Below, in pieces: positions 11,101 to 19,799 of a DNA stretch of 64,000 nucleotides. The number at the start of each line of letters is the position of its first letter. Position 1 is the first letter of the stretch. Origin of the DNA: Macrostomum hystrix (Eukaryota; Animalia; Platyhelminthes). The stretch lies in assembly GCA_950097015.1 (NCBI GenBank), contig CATNEN010000033.1, positions 496,001 to 560,000 of the forward strand, given 5' to 3'. A model generated the notes under the pieces. That model saw nothing but the letters and a program-made list of their open reading frames with translations. It ran no database searches and was not told where the DNA came from. A program made the position numbers and the translations under genes.

Positions 11101-14100
11101 GCCGAAGAGGCCGCTGGCCGCTTCCGCGTGCTGATAGCAGGGTGGTCAGAGCCTGGTGGTCGGTCAGCAGCTTGAACTTCCGGCCGTACAGCAGAAGGTG
11201 CCAGTGCTCGCAGCTCCAGACGCAGGCCAGGGCCTCCTTCTCCGTCGCGGAGTAACGGCGCTCGGTGTCGGACAGAGCGCGCGAGGCGAAGGCGACTGGA
11301 CGAAGTTGTCCACGCTCGTCAATTTGGCCCAGAGTAGCGCCCAGGGCGACGTCGCTGCTGTCACACGAGACGACTGTTTCGTGGCTCTGATCGAAGAATT
11401 TTAGGCACGGCGCGGATGAGATGAGCCGCTTGACCTCACTGAAGGCTGCCTCGCACTTCTTGTCCCAGTTCCAGGGCACATCCTTGCGCAGGAGTGCTGT
11501 CAGCGGCTCGGCGACATGCGACAGGTTCTTGATGTAGAACTGGAGAAACTTTGCGAAACCGAGGAAGGAAGCAAGCTCGGACGCGTTCGTCGGTGCCTTG
11601 AGTTGCTCTACTGACTCAGCGTGGGACTGAAGCGGCTGGATGCCGGTGGCGCTGATCCGATGTCCGACGAACTGGATCTCTGGAACCTTGAAAACGCACT
11701 TCTTGAGGTTGATGGTGACTCGGTGATGCAGCAGCTTGTCCAGGACTCGGAAAAGGCGTTTGTCATGCTCGGCTTCCGTTGCCGCGTGAACCGCGATGTC
11801 ATCTTGATAGTGCATGACGCCGTCGATGCCTTCCAGGATCTTGCCGACGACCTTCTGGAAGGCCGCCGGAGCTGAGCTGATTCCGAATGGCATTCGCTTG
11901 AATCGGTACAGGCCGGATTCTGTGTGGAAACAGGTCAGGTTCTTGGCGTCTTCGTGCAGCGGCAGTTGCAGGTACGACTGGTTGAGATCAATCCGCGAGA
12001 ACCACTTGGAGTTGGAAAACTCGGTAACTAGGTCGGCGAATGTTGGCAGTGACATCGAGTCTGGGACAATCGCCTTGTTGACACTGCGCAGATCGACGCA
12101 GAGGCGAAGCTTCCCGTCAGACTTCCTGGCGCAAGTGACATTCGATTGCCAATCAGGAACGTCGCCTTCGGCGCGCTCGATGATGCCTTCTTCCTTCCAG
12201 CGATGGATCTCCGCAGCACACTCTTGGCGCAGAGCGAGCGGCAGCCGGCGCATCCGCTGGGCTACCGGCGGCACGGTCGGGTCTACCCTGGGGCGGTGGC
12301 AGAAGCCCTTGATCTCGCCGAGACCGGTGCCTAAAGTGTGGTACTTGGCAGGAATCCAATCTGGCATAGGTGGCATACCTGAAGCCTCGTTACCCGAGCT
12401 AATAGTGAAGATTTGATGGCCGGAAGGTCCGAGGACCTTGCAGTCGAGTTTGTCCATCAGGTCGATGCCCATCAGGTCGTCGCCGTCCATCACAATTGTG
12501 AAGGTGAACAACGGAAGCTGAACGCCGTCGAACTCGACCCTGGCATCGATCTCGCCGGCGACGCTGATACTGGAGCCGTTGTAGGAAAGCAGCTTCTTGT
12601 CGCACGGGCGCAGAGGAATTTTAGATCCGAAGATTTTGCGGCTTGTCTCCATGCTGAGGATGGAGACTTTGGCGGCTGTGTCCACCAGTAACGTGATGCT
12701 GTGACCATTGATTCTTATGCTGGCCCTCTTGTATTGGCCTTTGTGGCTCGACCCGACAGCGAAGATACTCTGCTGTCTGGAGCTGTCTATCTCGACGCCT
12801 TGAATCTTCTTTTGGCCTGAGGTCGGTGCCGTCGTGCTGCTCTTGCACACCTTGGCGAAGTGGTTGAGCCTCCCGCACTTCGTGCACGCCTTGCCTCGTG
12901 CCGCACAGCGCGGATCACTGCCTGTGCGGTGGCCTCGCTGGCCGCAGTGCGAGCAGCAGAACTGGTTCTGCTGACCCGTCTGGCGCTGCTTGGCGTCGTA
13001 GGAAGCTCTCTTAAAGTTGATCTTCTTGATGCTGTCGTCGGCTGCTGTCTTGCCAGTCAGCGACTTCTCACTGTGGACCGCCATTTCCACCTGGGCTGCA
13101 ATTTGGATTGCCCCGCCCAGCGTGAGCTCCTTCTCAAGTAGGAGTCTTTCGCGCACCTTTGAGGACGAGGTGCCAAAGATCAGCTGGTCCAGGATGAGGT
13201 CGTCATGGAGGACTCCAAACTGGCAGTCCTTGGCGGCATGGCGCAGATTTGCCACAAAGGCTTGCACGCCTTCGGCGCTTCGCTGGACGCACTTCCGGAA
13301 TTCGTGCCTCTTGGCATACACGCTCACTGCTGGCTGGAAGTGCTGCTTCAGGAGATCGCATGCCGCTGCTAGTGTTGTCGGAGCCGTTTCCTGGTCAGCC
13401 GAGAGAGTCCGGTAGATTCGTACTCCTTCGCGCCCAAGGCAGTGGGTGAGCAGCGCAATCTTCCTGGCTTCTTGCAGGCTATCGATTCCGGATGCTAGCA
13501 GGTAGGTGTCAAACTCAGCGGCCCAGATTTCCCACGAAACTGCAGGTGTTCCTGGGTTGTCCAGAAATGGTGGAGGTTCTCTGAGGTTCAGGCGTAGTGC
13601 TGGCGCTGTGGCATTCTCAGTGCTACCCATTTCCGATTGGCTCAACTGGCTGACTTGCAGTTGTGAGTGGCGTATGAGTGCGAAAGTCGCTTAGTGGGCC
13701 TGGCTGCCGTGAGTTGATTGGCTGGACTGCGCTGGTTTGGGGGGTTTGCTCTAACCCCTGCTTGCGATGCCAGTGTTGTGGCTGCTAGCCAAATAAGCGA
13801 GGCGAGGCCAAGTCCAGTTAACCAAGGGTGAGGGTGCTCTCTCGCGTAGCGAGAGCCGTGTATATATATTATTGAACCTCACATGTACATTGATTACATA
13901 AGTACACTATGAGCAAATGTGCACATAGGTCATTCACAACAGGTGTGTGGGTAGGTGCTAGCCATGTGGGTGTGTGGGTAGATGCCAACCATGTGGGTGT
14001 GTGGATTGGTGCCAGCCATGTGGGTGTGTGGGTAGGTGCTAGCCATATGGGTGTGTGGGTAGGTTCCAGCCATGTGGGTGTATGTTGAGTGGCCTGTCAT

Positions 14101-17100
14101 GTGGTTAGAAGACAGTAAGTCTATACATCCAAACTTTTTATGAGCTAAATTATCATATTGGCATATTGAGTAGCCAATCAAAGTGAGCTGATATTCGGCA
14201 TTCCCGCAGGTCTGGCCTGGGTACATCACCTCCGTCAGCCACGTTGACGGCGGCCTTCGCCTGATGGTGGAGTCCAGTCACCGGGTCGTTCGGTCCCAGA
14301 CTGTCTATGACCTGTTCCAGTCGCTGGGCACTCGCATCGACGCCATGACGGATGCCATTGTGGGCACCTCGGTTGTAACCCGGTACAACAACAAGATCAT
14401 GCGCGTGGACCAGATTGAAACATCGATGGATTGCACGCACACCTTTGACCGCAATGGCACGCAAATGTCCTTCCTAGACTACTACAAGCAGGCCTATAAC
14501 ATCGAAATTAAGGATCCGCAGCAGCCTATGCTAATCAGCCGTGGCAAGCCAGTCCGAGGAACAGATGGCAAGACCCTGGAGCAGCGGCAGGTCTGTCTGG
14601 TGCCTGAACTGTGCTATGTCACCGGACTCACTGATGAGATGCGGCGCAACTTTCACCTGATGCGCGATTTGGCCAAGTTCACGAAGGTGAGTCGCTGATC
14701 TGTGAATGGAAATGTGGGAATTTTCACATCCTGAGAATGTGCTCAAGCTCTGCTCAAACCCAACTTTTCCAGCTGTCCCCGGACCGCCGGCTTCACGAGC
14801 TGCGCAAATTCGTCCAGACAATCAACAACCGACCGGAGTGCCGCAAACTGCTGGACGCCTGGGGCCTGCGCCTCCTTGAGGAGCCCGACTCCGTGTCGGC
14901 CCGCCGCTTCGTCAACGAGCGGGTCCTGTTTGGCGGCGGCGGCCGCGGCCCGTTCGCTCCGGTGCCAGTTGGCCAGACCAGCGAGTTTAAGAGGGCCCTG
15001 GCTGACAATCGGGTGCTGATTGACGGCCGCCTGTCCAAGTGGCTAGTGGTCTACCCCGCCAGGGAGGAGCGGACCATCGGCTCCTTCTGCGAGACAATGA
15101 TGAAGAAGTGCCGCGCCATGGGCATCACCATCGCCCAGCCAATCACGGTGGCCCTGCAGAATGATTCGACAACAAACTACACTAAGGCCATCAGAGAGAA
15201 CTTCAGCACTGACCTGAATCTGGTCTGCACCGTGTTCACCTCGCAGCGTGAGGAACGCTACAACATGGTCAAGAGGCTCTGCTGCACTGAGCTAGTGGTG
15301 CCCACCCAGTGCCTGTGGACCAAGACCATCGGCGATCCCAAGAAGATGGGCAGCGTGGCCGTTAATGTTGCTGCCCAGATCAACGTCAAGCTGGGAGGCG
15401 CCCTCTGGGGCATCGACATTCCGTACGAGCGGTTCATGGTGAGCTGAACGAGTCCTTAGATTAACTCAACTCACCCAGCCCCTCACCAACTCACCCTGCC
15501 CCTCACCAACTCAGCCAGCCCCTCACCAACTCACCCTGTCCCTCACTAACTCACCCAGTCCCTCACTAACTCACCCAGCCCCTCATCAACTCACCCAGCC
15601 CCTTACCAACTCACCCAGCCCCTCACCAACTTACCCTGCCCCTCACCAACTCACCCAGCCCCTCACTAACTCACCCAGCCCCTCACTAACTCACCCAGCC
15701 CCTCACTAACTCACCCAGCCCCTCGCTAACTCACCCAGCCCCTCACTAACTCATCCAGCCCCTCAATAACTCACCCAGCCCCTCGCTAACTCACCCAGCC
15801 CCTCACCAACTCACCCAGCCCCTCACCAATTCACCCAGCCCCTCACCAATTCACGCATTCCGCTCCCGCAGATGGTGGGTATCGATGTCTACCACGCGGA
15901 CAAGGCGCGCACCAAGTCGGTGACGGGCATTGTGGCCTCAGCGGACCAGGCCTGCACCCGCTGGTACTCTCGGGTGGCCTTCCAGCGCAAAGGCCAGGAG
16001 ATTCTGGACTCTATGCGCGTCATCTTTCAGGCCCAGCTCATCCGCTACATAAACAACGTCGGCGCTCCGCCCAACGTCATCTTCGTGTTCCGCGACGGCG
16101 TCTCAGACAAGCAGGTTGGAGAGGTGCAGCAGCAGGAGGTGCGGGCCATCTACGAGGCGGCCAAGGGCATCGACCCTAACTACAGGCCCAAGCTGGTGTT
16201 TCTGGTGGTCCAGAAGCGAATCAATCAGCGCCTGTTCCTGCGTCAGGGCAACGCCTACTCGAATCCTCCGCCAGGTGAGCAAAACGGCATGCCTAGCCGC
16301 ACTGCTGATTGAGCAGTCAGGTCCTGAGCAGTCAGGTCCTGAGCAGTCAGGTCCTTCTCTGTGCAGGCCCCAGCGTCTGCACCATCTACGTGGCATTAGC
16401 CATTCCATCATTATTCTGAGTAACGCATGCTCTTCCCCGATCGCCCATTGCGCAGTCCACTCAGATCCCAGTGCTGCAGTTCTCACAGATCCCAGTGCGG
16501 CAGTTCTCCCAGATCCCAGTGCGGCAGTTCCCACAGATCCCAGTGCGGCAGTTCTCACAGATCCCAGTGCGGCAGTTCTCCCAGATCCCAGTGCGGCAGT
16601 TCCCCCAGATCCCAGTGCGGCAGTTCTCACAGATCCCAGTGCAGCAGACCTCACAGATCCCAGTGCTGCAGTTCTCCCAGATTTCAGTGCTGCAGTTCTC
16701 CCAGATCCCAGTGCGGCAGTTCCCACAGATCCCAGTGCGGCAATTCTCACAGATCCCAGTGCGGCAGTTCTCACAGATCCCAGTGCGGCAGTTCTCACAG
16801 ATCCCAGTGCGGCAGTTCTCCCAGATCCCAGTGCGGCAGTTCTCACAGATCCCAGTGCGGCAGTTCTCACAGATCCCAGTGCGGCAGTTCTCCCAGATCC
16901 CAGTGCTGCAGTTCTCACAGATCCCAGTGCGGCAGTTCTCACAGATCCCAGTGCGGCAGTTCTCACAGATCCCAGTGCGGCAGTTCTCCCTGATCCCAGT
17001 GCAGCAGACCTCCCAGATCGCAGTGCGGCAGTTCTCCCAGTGCAGCAGACCTCCCAGATCCCAGTGCGGCAGTTCTCCCAGATCCCAGTGCGGCAGTTCT

Positions 17101-17591
17101 CCCAGTGCGGCAGTTCTCCCAGATCCCAGTGCGGCAGTTCTCCCAGTGCGGCAGTTCTCCCAGTGCGGCAGTTCTCCCAGATCCCAGTGCGGCAGTTCTC
17201 AAATCCCAGTGTGGCAGTTCTTCCAGATACCAGTGCGTCAGTTCTCGCAGATCCCTAGTATCGGTAAAGTCGCTCATCCCCGCCCGCAGGCACCGTGCTG
17301 GACCATTCCATCACGCGGCCGGACATGATGGATTTCTTCCTGGTGCCGCAGCACGTGACTCAGGGCACTGTGACGCCCACGCACTATATTGTGGTGGAGT
17401 GCAATGGTGATGTGCCCGTGGACGAGATTCAGCAGCTCACCTTCCGCAGCTGCCATCTTTATTACAACTGGGCCGGCTCCATCCGAGTGCCAGCGCCCTG
17501 CCAGTACGCCCACAAGCTGGTGTACATGGTGGGCCAGAACATTGGCGTGGAGCCCGCAGAGGCCATCTGCGACCGCCTGTTCTACTTGTGA
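8155..17591 (+). CDS. piwi: PIWI-clade Argonaute (5 coding exons, about 932 aa)
   Basis: Exons 8155..9105, 14210..14686, 14773..15438, 15872..16274, 17290..17591, all GT-AG with consistent phases (0,0,0,1). Junctions rebuild hallmark motifs: QQME|VWPGYITSV, PAZ (TRYNNK...SFLDYYKQAYNIEIKDPQQPMLI, LVPELCYVTGL), INVKLGGALW, M|MVGIDVYH, KGQEILD, FRDGVSD, NPPP|GTVLD, QGTVTPTHY, RVPAPCQYAHKL, RLFYL*. The D-E-D-H tetrad is intact and the N-terminus carries GRG motifs. Confidence 0.97.
9289..13941 (-). mobile_element. Full-length Ty3/Gypsy LTR retrotransposon (Mag-like), 4653 bp, in piwi intron 1
   Basis: LTRs 9289..9456 and 13774..13941 are 168 bp each, identical by eye, with TGTTG...CAACA termini. 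5-bp TSD GGTGT (9284..9288, 13942..13946). PBS TGGCATCGCAAGCAGGGGTT (13753..13772) lies 1 nt from the 5' LTR. PPT GGAGGGGGGATGA (9457..9469) abuts the 3' LTR. Confidence 0.97.
9587..13630 (-). CDS. Gag-Pol polyprotein (single ORF, 1347 aa from first ATG)
   Basis: Gag with two CCHC knuckles (CSHCGQRGH...C, CTKCGRLNHFAKVC), protease LVDTAA, RT (LCVDLR, IDLNQSY, MPFGISSAP, YQDD), RNase H (CDSS, EKEALA, TDH, DFLSR), integrase (HQGH..C..C, DDE: QVD, TDNG, GGVERFN). Order PR-RT-RH-IN defines Ty3/Gypsy. No stops or frameshifts. Confidence 0.97.
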   Translation of the reverse strand: MGSTENATAPALRLNLREPPPFLDNPGTPAVSWEIWAAEFDTYLLASGIDSLQEARKIALLTHCLGREGVRIYRTLSADQETAPTTLAAACDLLKQHFQPAVSVYAKRHEFRKCVQRSAEGVQAFVANLRHAAKDCQFGVLHDDLILDQLIFGTSSSKVRERLLLEKELTLGGAIQIAAQVEMAVHSEKSLTGKTAADDSIKKINFKRASYDAKQRQTGQQNQFCCSHCGQRGHRTGSDPRCAARGKACTKCGRLNHFAKVCKSSTTAPTSGQKKIQGVEIDSSRQQSIFAVGSSHKGQYKRASIRINGHSITLLVDTAAKVSILSMETSRKIFGSKIPLRPCDKKLLSYNGSSISVAGEIDARVEFDGVQLPLFTFTIVMDGDDLMGIDLMDKLDCKVLGPSGHQIFTISSGNEASGMPPMPDWIPAKYHTLGTGLGEIKGFCHRPRVDPTVPPVAQRMRRLPLALRQECAAEIHRWKEEGIIERAEGDVPDWQSNVTCARKSDGKLRLCVDLRSVNKAIVPDSMSLPTFADLVTEFSNSKWFSRIDLNQSYLQLPLHEDAKNLTCFHTESGLYRFKRMPFGISSAPAAFQKVVGKILEGIDGVMHYQDDIAVHAATEAEHDKRLFRVLDKLLHHRVTINLKKCVFKVPEIQFVGHRISATGIQPLQSHAESVEQLKAPTNASELASFLGFAKFLQFYIKNLSHVAEPLTALLRKDVPWNWDKKCEAAFSEVKRLISSAPCLKFFDQSHETVVSCDSSDVALGATLGQIDERGQLRPVAFASRALSDTERRYSATEKEALACVWSCEHWHLLLYGRKFKLLTDHQALTTLLSARGSGQRPLRLQRWCERLFVYDFDIEYVPGKLNVQPDFLSRYGYDRKKIGQESIDQRQTESDINLVLARSSEPISVAQLAEATASDDQLQRVVQFVLNGWPTETPSDLKGFHQVQHELCLWNDGRCLARGSRAVIPASLRDLVLTEAHQGHLGVAKVKARCRETVWWPRIDSDVETFVRNCSACILSEKAFKPIKVPWSTTELPAGPWRQLQVDIVGELPATEAPNSHRFLIVVHDLYSKWPEIIASSSVTSTACIEALRSLFVRWGLPDEITTDNGPQFVSSEFTDFLSSLGIKHRRTPFYCPQQNGGVERFNGFIKSSLRALLADGVAMKQAVQELLLAYRSAEHALTKKTPAEMMLGRKLRLHLDRLQPAEPESAPSQALRRTVQEQQQRAESRRKPSKQNQQPRSDALTVGSRVRVRRPKKSKLGSGISEPMTVVGRNGNTLTLTDGSRWHISRCIPDNRRGWCDDDGDGELPPQPAGAPTSPAPPMPPLRRSERHRAPPQRFGSVVTHD
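15464..15853. repeat. 20-bp C-rich minisatellite (AACTCACCCAGCCCCTCACY) filling piwi intron 3
   Basis: About 19 tandem units between the donor at 15439 and the acceptor at 15871. Confidence 0.95.
16450..17250. repeat. 21-bp minisatellite (CAGATCCCAGTGCGGCAGTTCTC-type) in piwi intron 4
   Basis: About 38 units; explains the repetitive ORFs at 16103-17328. Confidence 0.95.
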
Positions 17592-19039
17592 GCATCGCCA
17601 CGGCTGTTTGTGAACACTGGCACTTCTGACATTGTGCAGTGCCTTTTAATAACTTGTTTTTAGCCTTCTGGTCGGGCTAGTTTTATCAGCTTCTATGAAT
17701 GTTCTTTATTGTCGGTTGCTGACACATGGCTGTCACTGAGTTTAGCTTTTTATCGTCGGTGCCGGTTAACAGTAGAACTAACTGCCTCTGACAATTTTTG
17801 TGCTGCACCCGAATGGAGCAATGCAAGCACACGAAACGCAAGAACACGGGCCTACTTTCTGTTGCGCATCTTCTGAAACAAGAAACAAGTCGCCAGCTCT
17901 TCAGACCGTCGAGATATTCAATGTTTCTGGCCGAAGGTCTGATTTTTTCCATAAGCGCTAGTGTATTTCATACTCCCCTATACACGAAATAGCACTGTGC
18001 CTCAGTGCGGCCTTGCCAGGCCTTCAAAATTTATCTGCATGTCACCCAAATGTGCCTGCATCATCTCCGTCTTCGGTGGTCACCTATCTTTATCTAGACG
18101 GACTGCTGGACCTTCAAGAGCTACCACAGGTGGAACTAGGCCACTATGGACACCTTAACGCGAATTTCTCCAATTTCACTGATCAAGCCTAAATACTAGG
18201 CGCAGTTCAACCATAGGACACCATCGCCTAGTCTGCCAACCAACCAGTCTGTTACCACCCAACGCTGTTAGCATTCGGCGCCGCCAAAAAAATTTAGGGG
18301 GGGGGAACTTTGGTATAAAAACGGGCCGCAAAATGGCTTGGTAGTCCTGCTGTTAATGAAAATGATTTATGGTAGCTACTCATTATTTTAAACTAATCAT
18401 TATTGTCATATGTACATAATTATTGTACTGAATTTTTGTCTAAGACGCTGATATTTTCAATGCTTAGTCAGTTGCAAAGTTGAATTTTGCACAAGCGTCC
18501 CTGAGTTCGATTTCGCGGCTAGGCCACATTCATTTGGCGCACCCGAAACTGTATATAATTTCATGTAAGGATTTGTTTCATCTTGTTGTAGGATTACATT
18601 TTTGTGCGTATTCATAATCATTTTATCTTGAACGAATTGCCATTATTTATTTTGTGCACAGATAAAAACTACTATAGCCTTATTCAAATCACTCTGCTTT
18701 TGTGCGTGTACTTTTACCCTTTTGTTTTCTAATTTTTCTAGTCCTCTGTGCGTTCCGCTTTTTCTTGAAGTTCTGATTTTTTATTTGAAACCTTTATCAA
18801 TATTTGCTGAGAAACACGTGTCACTAGCGTAGCTTCCGTACATTTGTTTTGTATCTCATTACTTATACTTTTGTGGTTGATTTATTCCACAACTTTTGCT
18901 ATACAATTAAACTGACGGCTTGTCCTACAGTTCTGATTTCTTTTTGATTTTCTAAAAGTTCAAACTGAGTTGCTTTGGCTTCTGGCTTGTAAATTCATTT
19001 ACTGCTGCAATACCTGCCTCACAGAGTCCAAGGCTCTCT

Positions 19040-19392
19040 AGGCATGCAGTTTGGGGTAGGCCTGCAGTGTGGGGTAGGCTTGCAGTGTGGGGTAGGCCTG
19101 CAGTGTGGGGTAGGCTTGCAGTGTGGGGTAGGCTTGCAGTGTGGGGTAGGCCTGCAGTGTGGGGTAGGCTTGCAGTGTGGGGTATGCATGCATTGTGGGG
19201 TAGGCATGCAGTTTGGGGTAGGCTTGCAGTGTGGGGTAGGCTTGCAGTGTGGGGTAGGCTTGCAGTGAGAGGTAGGCTTGCAGTGAGAGGTAGGCTTGCA
19301 GTGAGAGGTAGGCTTGCAGTGAGAGGTTGCTTGGAGTGTAGGGTAGGCTTGCAGTGGGGGAGTAGGCTTGCAGTGGGTGAGTAGGCTTGCGG
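19040..19392. repeat. 18-bp minisatellite (GCAGTGTGGGGTAGGCTT)
   Basis: About 19 tandem units between the 3' ends of piwi and ACSF2. Confidence 0.95.
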
Positions 19393-19799
19393 TGGGGGAG
19401 TAGACATGGGAAAGAGAAGCAGGCCGGAAGGCAGGATTTATCCAAGCGTGCATCTCATTTCGACAGAGAAATGTGTCAAAAGCATGATCATCGCAGAATT
19501 ACCTATCCTTAACATGAGAAAGTGAAAGTGTCTATTTATTATTGACACTAAGATGTAGCGCATAGTATAACGAAGTTTCAGCTTTCAGATTTGCGGTTTC
19601 AAATCAGTGAAATTGTGCTCGAAACACACAGTATGAGTTCGCCATCGAGATAGTGGATTAAAACAAAAGACGAAATAAAAGTTCTGTTGTTGGCACACAA
19701 ATTGTCCAACAATCGCAGAGCTACAGAACAGGCATCGAAACCTAACGAAAGCCTTTGTTCAGCCTTTGTTGCAGCCCAGGCTGCAACAACAAGAAATCA

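Larger units (their letters stand above)
9168..14080. repeat. 27-bp GT-rich minisatellite (AGCCATGTGGGTGTGTGGGTAGGTGCY) split by the LTR element
   Basis: Units at 9168..9288 and 13942..14080 continue in register on both sides of the insertion. Confidence 0.9.

Noticed and set aside
9598-13694. Numerous plus-strand and alternate-frame ORFs over the Gypsy element
   Set aside because: Shadow ORFs of a GC-rich coding strand with no recognisable motifs.
16103-17328. Long repetitive ORFs (287-380 aa) on both strands
   Set aside because: They are translations of the 21-bp intronic minisatellite. The piwi exons splice cleanly around them.
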